A stretch of 64,000 nt of DNA, from the NCBI GenBank assembly GCA_963735805.1, contig CAVTMK010000004.1, forward strand, positions 640,001-704,000, written 5' to 3'. Under the pieces are notes generated by a model. The model ran no database searches and was not told the origin of the DNA. It was given only the letters and a program-made list of their open reading frames with translations. The DNA comes from an uncultured Verrucomicrobiae bacterium. GTDB lineage: Bacteria > Verrucomicrobiota > Verrucomicrobiia > Chthoniobacterales > UBA10450. The translations under genes were made by a program, and so were the position numbers. This document shows, piece by piece, positions 8,490 through 18,699 of the stretch; within the stretch, counting starts at the first letter, position 1; each line of letters opens with the position of its first letter.

Positions 8490-9302
8490 TTGGCTGCACG
8501 AAAAAGAAGATCGAGAAACAACCGCGGCAAGCGCAAATCCAAGCGCGGCCGGACGGTTGTCCGTAACGTCGCTCGGGCCCGAACACTCGTTCCAGTATCG
8601 GATCCGCTCACAGTGCCGACGCGCTGGGTGAAATTCGTTTTTGCGATTTTCCTTCTGCCGATCTGCGCAATTCTAAGTCAGACATTTTTTACCGCGTTCG
8701 CTCGCGCAGCGGTGGTGCAACGGTTTTGGGCAGGTGAAGAATTTTGGTTTTTCTCATTGGGCGCGGTACTGTGGTTAATTGCGTTTTTTGGTCTTCCGCG
8801 TCCGATCCTCATCTACGTCTTCGGACACGAATTAACTCACGCGCTCTGGGTTTGGTTGATGGGTGGACGCGTGAGTCGGTTTCGCGTTGGCCGTGATGGT
8901 GGACATGTAGTTACTAACAAGGCCAATTTCTGGATCGCGCTCGCGCCGTACTTTTTTCCTCTCTACAGCATCCTGGCAATTGCCATTTATGGGGCGCTCA
9001 GCCTTTTTGTGAATATGCAGCCGTACGGCCGATGGCTTTACGCCGTGATCGGTGTGACTTGGGCATTCCACTTCACGTTCACCTGCTGGATGATCCCGAA
9101 GAATCAGACTGACCTCAGCGATCAGGGCACGTTCTTCTCACTCGTGGTGATCTATTTGATGAACCTGTTGTTGCTCAGCGTGCTGCTGGTTCTCGCCTCG
9201 CCGCAAATTACGTTCGCAGGTTTCGGTGCGGATTTGCTGACCAACCTTGGCAACTTCGCGCGGTGGGTTGTCGATCTCTTTGCAAGGTCCCGGCCGCATT
9301 GA
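8490..9302 (+). CDS. Membrane zinc metalloprotease, M50-like
   Basis: Multiple TM segments with HELTH (HExxH) and LAPYF motifs; Arg-rich N-terminus; start uncertain. Confidence 0.7.
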   Translation: MAARKRRSRNNRGKRKSKRGRTVVRNVARARTLVPVSDPLTVPTRWVKFVFAIFLLPICAILSQTFFTAFARAAVVQRFWAGEEFWFFSLGAVLWLIAFFGLPRPILIYVFGHELTHALWVWLMGGRVSRFRVGRDGGHVVTNKANFWIALAPYFFPLYSILAIAIYGALSLFVNMQPYGRWLYAVIGVTWAFHFTFTCWMIPKNQTDLSDQGTFFSLVVIYLMNLLLLSVLLVLASPQITFAGFGADLLTNLGNFARWVVDLFARSRPH

Positions 9303-9307
9303 GCATC

Positions 9308-9341
9308 GGCACAGTCGGCGGCGCACCGCGCCGTGGCTACA
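9308..9341. repeat. GTAG-type REP-like element overlapping the treY stop codon
   Basis: ...GCGCCGTGGCTACA; on the minus strand its TGTAG contains the TAG stop of treY. Confidence 0.65.
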
Positions 9342-12177
9342 GGTTGGTGATCGCAGCGAACGGCAGGATCGACAATGCGTCCAGAAGTTTCATTCGTCCA
9401 TCGTGAACAGGGACAGGATGACAGGTAAAAAGGTCGTGCGCGTGTTCCAGTGAAAGCGCCTCCGGAATTTCGACTGTTGTGGCTTTCCAACTCTCACCAA
9501 CCGGCGGGAAACCAACACGAGAAGAAAGTCGCGGTGCGATTACAATAATCGATTGATCTCCCAGGTGTCGGGCGAAACTGACGCAGCATTCCGCAAATTC
9601 GCCACTCGGTGTCAGCGGCAGATATTGTCCCCGCTGAAAAAGTGCAATGTGGTCACGTCGAAATTGCAGGACGCGCTGTGTTAGAAACATCTTGATCCGG
9701 CCGTCAGGCCAGCTGCGCACAAGGTCTTGTGGGTTGACTGTTACCAGGGCTTCCAGCATTTCGCGACGCAATTTGTAATCGACCGGGCGTCGATTGTCGG
9801 GATCGACCAGGCTATAATCCCAAATCTCGTTGCCTTGATAGATGTCGGGCACTCCTGGTGAAGTCAGCTTCAGCAGCGTTTGCGAGAGTGAATTAACGCT
9901 GCCGAGCTGTGCTAGCTCCTTCGCAACCGGAATAAATAGTGGAAGGAATTTGTTTCGCGGCGATGGGTCCAGAATTTTTGCAACGAAGTCGCTCATCGCC
10001 GCGTCCCATTTTTGATTTGGCTGGATCCAGCTCGTGTTGATCTTTGCTTCGTGCAATGCTTTGGCCATGTACGCTTGAATTCGTTCGATGTACTCCGGAG
10101 TTGCCACACCTTCGGGTTCGCCGTCGGCTCGTGTCGGCCACGTCCCCAACAGAGTTTGATAGAGCAGGTATTCTTCGTTCGCATCCGGCGCTTCGACGTC
10201 GTTGATCGTTCGTTTCCAGCGACGATTCGAGGTACGCCATCGTTGCAACGAACGCCGCCAGAGGTCCGGGAGTTCGGAGATCGCCACCATTCGGGCGCGC
10301 ACATCTTCGCTGCGTTTCGTGTCATGTGTCGAAGTGGCGAGCAACGTCGACGGCCAATTGCGTTGTCGATCGATATTCCGCTCGTGAAATGCCTCGACGC
10401 TTAATCCAAACTGTTGTGGCTCGCCGCCCACTTCGTTTAATGCCGGTAGCCGGTTATAGATGTAGAACACAGTGTCTTCCAGTCCCTTGGCCATGATCGG
10501 CCCTGTAGCCTGCTGAAACTTTAGAACGAACTGCGTATGTTCGGCGCGCGCCTTTGCATCCAGGTTTGGCGGAAAACGGAAGACGAGGACGTCGCGAAGA
10601 AAATTGAAAATTGATTCTTCCATTGCCGGATTGCGCCGCTTTGCCGCGATGATCGCGCGCTCGACGATCTCCCGGTCTTCTTCGGTCACGGGCTGTCCCG
10701 GCTCCAAGTATGTTCGGTAGACCGGAAAACATGCAATCGTTTCGCGCACCGTGCGCGAGAGCGCCTCGAGCGTAAAATCACGGTACCATCTGTTTTGCTC
10801 GGACAGACGATCAAGCATGTTGCCCAGCACATCGACATCATTGGCGAGGGACAGTTTCATGACCTGCAACTTTTTTGCGTACAGCAAATGGCCGAACGGC
10901 ATCGAGTGACCAATAAAACGGTGGAATGTTTTTGTAATTGCCGTTTCCGCTAAGGAATCGACCAGTAACTGCGCCGCTTGATTCGCAAAGTCGTAGCCGG
11001 TCGTGCCGTGTACCCGCCAATCCTTGTGGAGCGTTTCGCCACCTGTGAGGATTTTCTCCGCCAGCATGTAAATGGCGCGCCCGTCCCTGGGCAATGCAAT
11101 TCCGAGCGCTTTCGCGCAACGCTGCTGAAGCTTTTCAAAATATTCGCGCGGCAGATAAAGACCGTCCGGATGATCGATGCGAAGAGCTGTCACTGCTCCG
11201 CTGCCAACTAGCTCGAGTGTCAGCCGATGAATGGCATCAAAAACCTTTGGCAGCTCAACTCGAATTGCGGCCAGGTCATTCACATCGAAAAAGCGACGGT
11301 AATTAATTTCCTCTGCGGCGACTCGCCAAAAAGCCAGCCGGTAAGACTGCGCATTAAGAAATTCATTCAGGGCATCAAAGCTGCGAGGGTCTCCGGGCTC
11401 CCCGTTGATTTGGACCAGCGCCTTTTCAATTGCCTGTTGGACTTGCGGAGCTTCCGCGCAACGACGTTCGAGGCGCCGCTTGATGATTTCTTTTTCACGA
11501 ATGCGTTCCGCGATGCGTTTCGGATCGGTCTCGGTCCGTTTTGGTAAATATTCGAGCGCGGTCAGAATACTTTGCAGTTCCGCGTAGAAGTCTTCCTCCT
11601 TGTGTTCGGCGAGATTTTGTAACCCGATTTTCAGAACGTAACGGTACGTTCCCGGAGCGATCGGCAATCGGCGCTCGCCATAGACCAGATAAAATGTTCC
11701 CTCGTCAAAACGTACTTGAAGCTCTCCGCGCTCGAGCACGCGCCCATATTGATCGCTTAAAATCGGTAGCAAAACTTTGTCTCGGAGATCCGACTTCAAC
11801 GGCTGCCAATCGATGTCGAAATAAGGCGCATATCTGGAGCTTGGTCCGTTTTCGAGCACATCCATCCACCAATGGTTGAGCGGCTCCGCGATTCCAACGT
11901 GGTTCGGCACAAAGTCCAGCACCTGCCCCATGGAACGTCTATGCAGCTCCGCGACCCAGGAATCATAATCTTCCCGTGAGCCGACCGCCGCGTTGAGCTT
12001 GTTATGATCGGTGATGTCGTACCCGTGGAGGCTATCCGGGCTCGCCTGAAAATAAGGTGACGCGTAAACGTCTGTGACTCCCAGTGCGTCCAGGTACGGG
12101 ACAATTTCGCGGGCCTGCGAAAAGGTGAACCAACGATTAAATTGCAATCGGTATGTACAGGTTGGAATCCTTGTCAT
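9337..12177 (-). CDS. treY: Malto-oligosyltrehalose synthase (GH13)
   Basis: TYRLQF, SLHGYD, DFVPNH, YRRFFDVN, LRIDHPDGL, EKIL, STHDTKRSED, PGVPDIYQG, LVDPDNRRPVD; start placed at ATG 12177 (MTRIP). Confidence 0.95.
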   Translation of the reverse strand: MTRIPTCTYRLQFNRWFTFSQAREIVPYLDALGVTDVYASPYFQASPDSLHGYDITDHNKLNAAVGSREDYDSWVAELHRRSMGQVLDFVPNHVGIAEPLNHWWMDVLENGPSSRYAPYFDIDWQPLKSDLRDKVLLPILSDQYGRVLERGELQVRFDEGTFYLVYGERRLPIAPGTYRYVLKIGLQNLAEHKEEDFYAELQSILTALEYLPKRTETDPKRIAERIREKEIIKRRLERRCAEAPQVQQAIEKALVQINGEPGDPRSFDALNEFLNAQSYRLAFWRVAAEEINYRRFFDVNDLAAIRVELPKVFDAIHRLTLELVGSGAVTALRIDHPDGLYLPREYFEKLQQRCAKALGIALPRDGRAIYMLAEKILTGGETLHKDWRVHGTTGYDFANQAAQLLVDSLAETAITKTFHRFIGHSMPFGHLLYAKKLQVMKLSLANDVDVLGNMLDRLSEQNRWYRDFTLEALSRTVRETIACFPVYRTYLEPGQPVTEEDREIVERAIIAAKRRNPAMEESIFNFLRDVLVFRFPPNLDAKARAEHTQFVLKFQQATGPIMAKGLEDTVFYIYNRLPALNEVGGEPQQFGLSVEAFHERNIDRQRNWPSTLLATSTHDTKRSEDVRARMVAISELPDLWRRSLQRWRTSNRRWKRTINDVEAPDANEEYLLYQTLLGTWPTRADGEPEGVATPEYIERIQAYMAKALHEAKINTSWIQPNQKWDAAMSDFVAKILDPSPRNKFLPLFIPVAKELAQLGSVNSLSQTLLKLTSPGVPDIYQGNEIWDYSLVDPDNRRPVDYKLRREMLEALVTVNPQDLVRSWPDGRIKMFLTQRVLQFRRDHIALFQRGQYLPLTPSGEFAECCVSFARHLGDQSIIVIAPRLSSRVGFPPVGESWKATTVEIPEALSLEHAHDLFTCHPVPVHDGRMKLLDALSILPFAAITNL

Positions 12178-12274
12178 GTCGAGCGAAGTCGAGACATCTC
12201 TCAATGTTCTCCTTGTGAGCCTTGTTCAAACGGTAAGAAATTCCAGAGCTTCTTCGACTTCACTCGGAATAACA
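12172..12274. repeat. GTCAT-type palindromic repeat element
   Basis: TGTCATGTCGAGCGAAGTCGAGACATCTC ... TTCGACTTCACTCGGAATAACA; the left arm is nearly identical to the 42576 copy. Confidence 0.75.
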
Positions 12275-12282
12275 AAAACCCG

Positions 12283-13989
12283 CTACATTTTCTCGGGCAC
12301 TTTGATGCCTAACAAATCAAGGCCGCGATAAAGAACGCGCCCGGCAAGATCACACAATGCCAGTCGCGAGCTGCGGGCCGGTTCCTCCGATTTCAAAACA
12401 GGACAGGCTTCATAGAATGTATGAAAGTTGTTTGCGAGCTCGAACAAATAATTTGCCAGAATGTTCGGGCGGAAATCGTTTAGAACCTGCGGAACGATCT
12501 CCGCGAACTGACACAGGCGTTTGGCAAGGTTGACTTCCGCGGACTCGCGCAGGATTAGCGTGCCAATCTTCGGCACAGACTCGCCGGCCTTGCGGAAAAT
12601 CGAGCGAATTCGCACATACGCGTTTTGAAGATATGGCGCCGTGTTTCCCTGCAGGGATAACATTTTGTCCCACGAAAAAACGTAATCGGTCATCCGGTAC
12701 TGTGACAGGTCAGCATATTTTACTGCACCTATCCCGATTTTCTGTGCGACGTCGATCTTCTCCGCCTCGCTTAGGTCCGGATTTTTTTCGTCGATGATTT
12801 GGCGTGCGCGCCTGCATGCCTCCTCGAGAAGTTCGAGCAACGGCACGTTTTCGCCCGATCGCGTTTTCATCAGTTTGCGATTTTCACCGAGGATGCTCCC
12901 AAACGTGACGTGGCGAAGATCGGCTTGATAACCCTGTCGCCGCGCAATCTCGAAAATTTGTTTGAAATGTAGAATTTGCGGGGCGCCGACCACATACCAA
13001 ACAGCGTCCGCTTTCAAATCGTCGAGGCGATAATCGATCGTCGCGATGTCGGTTGTGGCGTAATTGAATGCTCCATCGCGTTTGCGGATGATGCATGGTT
13101 TATCAGCCAGCTCTGGAATATCGCGAAAGAAAACGACTACTGCGCCCTCGCTGATTTCAGCAATCCCTGATTTAAGCAAGCGTTCCACTATGCCCGGGAG
13201 GCGGTCGTTGTAAAAACTTTCGCCACATTGGATATCGTAGTGAATATCGAGCAATTCGTACACGTGCTCGAACTCCTGCATGGACAAGGCAACGCATTCG
13301 TTCCAGATATCGATGTTTTCCCTATCCCCGGCTTGCAGTTTTACCAGTTCCTGGCGACAAGCTTCTCTCACCGCGGGATCACTCACTGCGAGCGTGTTCG
13401 TTTCTTTGTAAATGCGGACGATTTCAGCCAGTGGATTTTGCTGAAGCGCGCGCTGGTCCAGCAGATTTTTCCAGCCGTAAATGACCATCCCAAATTGGGT
13501 TCCCCAGTCGCCGATGTGATTATCGCGGATCACTTCGTGCCCGAGAAACGTTGAAATACGCGCCAGCGCATCGCCCAGAACGGTGCTGCGGATATGACCG
13601 ACGTGCATCGGTTTAGCCACATTTGGAGATCCGAAATCAATCACGATGCGCCGTGGCGATTCTATCTCCCCGACGCCAAGTCTTTCGTCGTCCAGAATAC
13701 TAACGGTTTTTTCTGCAACGGCCCCAGGGCGCAATGTAAAATTGATGAAACCGGGGCCTGCGATTACTGGCGCTTCGCAAAGGTCACCGACGTTAAGGTG
13801 GTCGATGATTTTTTGGGCGACTTCCCTCGGATTTTCGCCCCGCCGCTTTCCAAGCACCAGGGCTGCATTTGTCTGGTAATCGCCGAAGCGCGGATCGGTT
13901 GCCGGCGTTAATTCGCCTCCGTCCGGCAGGCCGGCGGCAGCCAGGGCATGGGAAAGCTTCTTTGCGAGTAGTGATTGGAAGGTCTCCAT
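12283..13989 (-). CDS. argS: Arginine--tRNA ligase
   Basis: FGDYQ, GPGFIN, SPNVAKPMHVGH (HIGH), GDWGTQFG, KLMKTRSG, GNTAPYLQNAYVRI; ends PEKM. Confidence 0.97.
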   Translation of the reverse strand: METFQSLLAKKLSHALAAAGLPDGGELTPATDPRFGDYQTNAALVLGKRRGENPREVAQKIIDHLNVGDLCEAPVIAGPGFINFTLRPGAVAEKTVSILDDERLGVGEIESPRRIVIDFGSPNVAKPMHVGHIRSTVLGDALARISTFLGHEVIRDNHIGDWGTQFGMVIYGWKNLLDQRALQQNPLAEIVRIYKETNTLAVSDPAVREACRQELVKLQAGDRENIDIWNECVALSMQEFEHVYELLDIHYDIQCGESFYNDRLPGIVERLLKSGIAEISEGAVVVFFRDIPELADKPCIIRKRDGAFNYATTDIATIDYRLDDLKADAVWYVVGAPQILHFKQIFEIARRQGYQADLRHVTFGSILGENRKLMKTRSGENVPLLELLEEACRRARQIIDEKNPDLSEAEKIDVAQKIGIGAVKYADLSQYRMTDYVFSWDKMLSLQGNTAPYLQNAYVRIRSIFRKAGESVPKIGTLILRESAEVNLAKRLCQFAEIVPQVLNDFRPNILANYLFELANNFHTFYEACPVLKSEEPARSSRLALCDLAGRVLYRGLDLLGIKVPEKM

Positions 13990-14069
13990 CGAATTATTTT
14001 AACGCCTTCATGACGCAGGCAATCTTGCCTGGTCATCCCTGATTTTCGCAGACACGATTGTCTGCGTCA

Positions 14070-14528
14070 CTACGAACGATCGCGGAAGATCGACAGGATT
14101 TCCTCGGCCGATTTCGCACTGGCCAGGCTTTCGCGCACAGAGCGATCGTTTAGAAATTTTGCGATTGAGGCCAGCGTGCGCAGGTGCGTTTGAAATTGGT
14201 TTTTCGGGACGATGAACAGCACGACGAACTTGACCGGCGCGTTGTCGAGCGCATCAAACTCGATGCCTGTCGTCGATCTTCCGAATGCAGCTACCACTTC
14301 CTCGAGCCGATCGGAAGAGCAATGTGGAATGGCGATCCCAAACCCAATGCCTGTGCTCATTGTCTCCTCGCGCTGTTTCAGTGAAGCCAGGATGGGATCC
14401 CGGTCTTCCGTTTTGATTTTTCCGAGACTAACGAGGAGATCGATCAATTCAACGATGGCAGCCCAGCGCTCCGTTGCCTTCATCTCAGGGATGATTTGCT
14501 CGACAGAAAGTAAATTGGCCAACGACAT
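14070..14528 (-). CDS. PTS EIIA (fructose/mannitol/Ntr-type) domain protein
   Basis: REETMSTGIGFGIAIPH with the phospho-His; FDALDNAPV; HLRTLA. Confidence 0.9.
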   Translation of the reverse strand: MSLANLLSVEQIIPEMKATERWAAIVELIDLLVSLGKIKTEDRDPILASLKQREETMSTGIGFGIAIPHCSSDRLEEVVAAFGRSTTGIEFDALDNAPVKFVVLFIVPKNQFQTHLRTLASIAKFLNDRSVRESLASAKSAEEILSIFRDRS

Positions 14529-14622
14529 GCGAATTCCCGGTACGGGAGGGCTAGCTTAGCGGGGGCGTCTAAGTTGACAAGCGCGATTTGACACGCTGTC
14601 CCGCGTGTCTCATCGGCATCTG

Positions 14623-15324
14623 TCACATCTTCTCGCTAATCTTGTAATTCAATCGCCGGGATAACAGCCAGCGCACACCCAACATATCCATGGTGGCGCG
14701 CAGGGCGCGGTTGCCGAAGCCGTACTTGCTTTGGCCAAAGCGGCGCGGACGGTGGTTCACGGGGACCTCGACAAGCCGATAGCCGGACCCTTTGACGAGT
14801 GCGGGAATGAAACGGTGCATCCCCTTGAAGGGAACCAGCGCACGCACGCATTCGCGCCGCATCGCTTTAAGAGTGCAACCAGTGTCGCGCACTCCGTCTT
14901 TGGTGTAGCGACTTCGCACAGCGTTTGCAATTCGGCTCGTCAGCCGTTTTACCAGTGTGTCCTGCCGCTTGAGCCGATAGCCGCATACAAGATCGGCGCC
15001 CTGCGTGATTTGAGCGAGAAGTCGTGGAATGTCGGCAGGATCATTCTGTAAATCGCCGTCAATTATGACCACAGTCGTGCCGCGCGCCGCTGTGAGACCG
15101 GCATAAATGGCTGCGCTTTGTCCGGAATTTTTCTCGAAACGAATCAGGCGAATGTTCGGCGACGGTTTAACCCGCTCCGCCGTGCCATCGGCTGACCCGT
15201 CATCGACAAAAATAATTTCGTAGTCGAGTCCTTGGAGCGCGGCGCCTAACTCTGATTGCAGAATGGGGACGTTCTCTTCTTCGTTGAAGAGAGGAACGAT
15301 GACAGAAATTTCCGGAGAATTCAT
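14623..15324 (-). CDS. GT2 polyprenyl-phosphate glycosyltransferase (Ppm1/ArnC/RgtE-like)
   Basis: VIVPLFNEEE, FVDDGS.DGT, DGDLQNDP, DTGCTLK, HRFIPAL, HRPR..G.SKY; start at ATG 15324. Confidence 0.88.
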   Translation of the reverse strand: MNSPEISVIVPLFNEEENVPILQSELGAALQGLDYEIIFVDDGSADGTAERVKPSPNIRLIRFEKNSGQSAAIYAGLTAARGTTVVIIDGDLQNDPADIPRLLAQITQGADLVCGYRLKRQDTLVKRLTSRIANAVRSRYTKDGVRDTGCTLKAMRRECVRALVPFKGMHRFIPALVKGSGYRLVEVPVNHRPRRFGQSKYGFGNRALRATMDMLGVRWLLSRRLNYKISEKM

Positions 15325-15475
15325 CGTTTGCAGCACGCGGATGGCGCGGACAGAGCGTCGTGTCGTGTCGACCACCGATCATGCCGGACCGAGTGAGAGA
15401 CCAGACCAATGGAATCCGTCTCCCGCGACTGCGGGATCAGGATGACCCATGCAGAAGGCTTATGCGAATGGGTCC

Positions 15476-17053
15476 TCATAGTGGAAGTGTGCGGTAATTT
15501 CGACAGAGAAATACTTGCCAGGTTCGTAGCGGCTTCCCATAGCGCGATACCTGGATCGTACCGACCAGCTCTGTTGATTGAAAGCCGGCTTGGATATTGT
15601 GCGGGACGCGTTGCTTTTTGCCGTCCCGAACGAAGAGCGCATCGCGGCCAATGAATAAATTGATCCCGTTTTCTTCAGTATAAACTTCGCCCTCTGCCCG
15701 GGCCGCGCCCGGCTTTAGCTCAACAAACTCATCGTAGCGCGGCCAAAATGAGAATTGATTCACCATGTCCTGCGACTCGGGGATATATACGGGGGGATGA
15801 CCAGGCCCCTCGGTTCGTTTGTCGCGAAGATAAAAGGAAATTTCGGATGCGCGATCGCGGGCATCGGCAATCAGGAAAAGTTTCTCACCTGATTTCGTTT
15901 CGAGATCGTTACGCATTGTTTCCAACGCATTCGTGGCGCTTTTCCAACCGCGCATGCGATTGCTTGGATCGCTTCGTTGGAACCTGTATCCAACCACCCG
16001 CAGTAAGTCTGTATCCATTGCCACCGCACTCATGATCAATCCAACCAGCATCGCAATGGCGGCGCCAAGCCGAAGGAGCGCGTGCGCCTCGAGACGCTCC
16101 CACCAATAATAAATTGCCAGCAATCCAAAACCGAGAAAGGCCAGCCCATCCCAATTTGGCGCAGCAGCTTTGTTCAACGAGAGAAATAAATAGAAAAGAA
16201 ACACCGGCAACCCAAACCACATCAGGAATAGAATCTTGAACTGCTGATTTACCCGTCGCCAACTGGCAATGACGCCCCATGCCAGCGCCAGGAACAAAAA
16301 TGGCGAATAGACCAGAAAATGCTCGCCTAAGAACGAAAGAACTTCGGCCGGGTGCAAGCCGAAGCCGTGCTCGATGCCTCCCCGCGATCGCAGATGTCCA
16401 AGGGTGACCCATGCGTGTTTCGCGTTCCACATGATCGGCGGCACCGTGCAAAGAGCGAACATGCCGAGGAATAGATAGAATCCCGAATGCTTGAATTCTT
16501 GCCTGAGCCGGGGCGCCAGGGCGAGTACCAATACAATCGAAATAAGCTCCAGCGCGTTAGTGTATTTGGAGAGAAAGCCAAGGCCGATTAACAGTCCGGT
16601 GACAGGCCAGAACCAGGAGAACTGCGGACTTTTCTCCAACGCAAGCCAGAATGTGAACATTGCCGCCAGCCAGAAGAAAATCGACAACGCATCAATCGTC
16701 ATCAGGAACGCGCCAATGTTAAAAATGGGTGTCACGTTCAATGCGAGTACGGCCCACAACCCTGCGGTGGCGTTGAACAATCGACGCGCAAAATAAAACA
16801 GAAGAAGGCTGGTTCCTGCCGCAAGGAGAGGACTGAAAAAACGCACTCCAAATTCATTTGCCCCAAAAACCGCAGTGCTTGCGCGTATGGCAAAAGCGAT
16901 GCCGGGCCCTTTACTGAAATAGGCCGGGGCCAGTCGTTCGGACCACATCCAGTAATGCGCCTCATCAAATTCGAGATCGGTCGTTGCCAGCATCGACAAT
17001 CGAATCACCGTCAATGCGATAATGAAGAGCCAGACCGCGCGTGTTGTTCTCAT
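15476..17053 (-). CDS. ArnT/PMT-like GT-C lipid-linked glycosyltransferase
   Basis: DEAHYWMWS..L...YFSKGP in the first loop, G.LSKYT, many TM helices. Confidence 0.85.
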   Translation of the reverse strand: MRTTRAVWLFIIALTVIRLSMLATTDLEFDEAHYWMWSERLAPAYFSKGPGIAFAIRASTAVFGANEFGVRFFSPLLAAGTSLLLFYFARRLFNATAGLWAVLALNVTPIFNIGAFLMTIDALSIFFWLAAMFTFWLALEKSPQFSWFWPVTGLLIGLGFLSKYTNALELISIVLVLALAPRLRQEFKHSGFYLFLGMFALCTVPPIMWNAKHAWVTLGHLRSRGGIEHGFGLHPAEVLSFLGEHFLVYSPFLFLALAWGVIASWRRVNQQFKILFLMWFGLPVFLFYLFLSLNKAAAPNWDGLAFLGFGLLAIYYWWERLEAHALLRLGAAIAMLVGLIMSAVAMDTDLLRVVGYRFQRSDPSNRMRGWKSATNALETMRNDLETKSGEKLFLIADARDRASEISFYLRDKRTEGPGHPPVYIPESQDMVNQFSFWPRYDEFVELKPGAARAEGEVYTEENGINLFIGRDALFVRDGKKQRVPHNIQAGFQSTELVGTIQVSRYGKPLRTWQVFLCRNYRTLPL

Positions 17054-17736
17054 GCGGGGTTTTGCGGCGCCCCCTGCGATCGCACGCTATCGTTAGAATC
17101 AGTAATCAAACTTGGATAGCGCGCAAAAAGCCGCGGCGCCCATTTTCGACCTGCGCTTCTCCAGATCAATTCGAACAAGCCGAGCAGGAGCAGGGCTTCG
17201 CCGCCTGCCAGAAAGAACGTCGCGATTACATCGCTGGGCCAATGAGCACCCAGATAGATTCGGGAATAACCGACAGCCAGGGCGACAAGCCAGTACAGCC
17301 AACCACCGCGTCGATAAAATAACGTGCAAAAAACAGCAATCACACTGTTGGTAGTTACATGTCCGGACGGAAAAGACGGTCCCGACCGCATGCGATCCGA
17401 CGAATCGGAAAACCGAATGGTCGGTTGCTTGAATAGAGTCAGAAAGGTCGGACGCGTCCTTTGTAACTGCACCATCCGCACATTTTCCACTTGTTTGGGC
17501 CGGTGGCGATTCACCGCTGATTTTAACAAACCGGTGACCTGGGTCGTAATCAACAGAGATAGAACCAGACATATGACGAACGCTCGCGCTCTAAATCCGC
17601 CAAGTAAGAGCGCGCTCACTCCGATGGCGATGAACAACGGCTCCCAAATCCCGCTATCGCTCAGGGCAGCCATGAACAAGTCGAGCGCCGGACTCGTCCA
17701 TTGTTGATTAATAAAATGAAAAACAGACTGATCCAT
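17050..17736 (-). CDS. PAP2 membrane phosphatase (LpxE-like)
   Basis: KSAVNRHRP, SFPSGH and SRIYLGAHWPSD are the three PAP2 motifs; its stop overlaps the start of the GT-C gene. Confidence 0.9.
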   Translation of the reverse strand: MDQSVFHFINQQWTSPALDLFMAALSDSGIWEPLFIAIGVSALLLGGFRARAFVICLVLSLLITTQVTGLLKSAVNRHRPKQVENVRMVQLQRTRPTFLTLFKQPTIRFSDSSDRMRSGPSFPSGHVTTNSVIAVFCTLFYRRGGWLYWLVALAVGYSRIYLGAHWPSDVIATFFLAGGEALLLLGLFELIWRSAGRKWAPRLFARYPSLITDSNDSVRSQGAPQNPA

Positions 17737-17789
17737 GCGATGAAAATGAAACAGTCCCTAAGCTTTAATCGCTAGCTGCTAATAAACAA

Positions 17790-18575
17790 ATGCGAGTGAG
17801 TGACGAAGCACGAATGACGAATGACGAAGGAATGACGAGTCTCGAAGGGCGCGTTACCAAAAAAACGGATCGGCGACCACGTTCGTCATTTATACATTCG
17901 ACATTGTTTCGTCGTGTCGCTTTAGCCGTGTCTTTGTTGATACCTTTATCGGCGCTTGCGCAGTCCCAGCCTTCCGCAAAGGACATTCTCGCCTCTGTGC
18001 GTATGATGGAATCGCGGCAGCAAATCGACCTTCAGGGACAACTTCGTCAAGATGAGGTGGTGATTCTATTTCGGCTCATGCAGGACGGACCGCTGATTCG
18101 TTATTCATTCGCAAATCCCGATGAGGTTTTGCAACTGCGACTCGGTGAAAACAGCTCGCGCCTTGATCTTGTGACCGATGGCGGAGCCGAGCAATTTGGA
18201 GCCTCAAAGCTCAAGCAAAAGATTCGCGGTACCGGTGTGACCTACGAGGATCTGGCCTTCAAATTTCTCTACTGGCCGAGTGCGCGTGTTTTAGGCGAGG
18301 AAAAAGTTCGCACTCGTAACTGTTGGAAACTGCAACTGCGCGCCCCGTCACAAGAATCACAGTATTCAAATGTGTTGCTGTGGGTAGACAAGGCGAGCGG
18401 CGCACTGATGCGCATGGAGGGATACGATTGGAACGCCCAACTTGCCAAGCGTTTCGAAGTGGTATCCGCGCAGAAGATCGACGGCCGCTGGTTCTTGAAG
18501 CAAATGCGCATCGAAGGATTCGAGCCTGGGACTAATCACGTGCTCTCACGCACGTATCTAGAGATTAAGAAGTAG
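17790..18575 (+). CDS. Periplasmic LolA-like / outer-membrane lipoprotein-sorting family protein
   Basis: Signal-like segment ALAVSLLIPLSALAQ; IRGTGVTYEDL, YSNVLLWVDK, KIDGRWF. True start uncertain because the N-terminus is encoded by a palindromic repeat. Confidence 0.7.
   Translation: MRVSDEARMTNDEGMTSLEGRVTKKTDRRPRSSFIHSTLFRRVALAVSLLIPLSALAQSQPSAKDILASVRMMESRQQIDLQGQLRQDEVVILFRLMQDGPLIRYSFANPDEVLQLRLGENSSRLDLVTDGGAEQFGASKLKQKIRGTGVTYEDLAFKFLYWPSARVLGEEKVRTRNCWKLQLRAPSQESQYSNVLLWVDKASGALMRMEGYDWNAQLAKRFEVVSAQKIDGRWFLKQMRIEGFEPGTNHVLSRTYLEIKK
17800..17905. repeat. Heptamer-based (ATGACGA/TCGTCAT) palindromic repeat
   Basis: GAATGACGAATGACGAAGGAATGACGA ... TTCGTCATTTATACATTCGACATT. Confidence 0.6.
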
Positions 18576-18699
18576 GGACGCCGGTTGTCGAAAATTGAAG
18601 GCCGCCCGGTGAGCATGTGGCGGGTGCTGTTTATGGCCCAAGCGAATCGGGAGAGCCACGCCCGGGGCGCGCGCTCTCCCGATGCAATAATTCCGGTTG

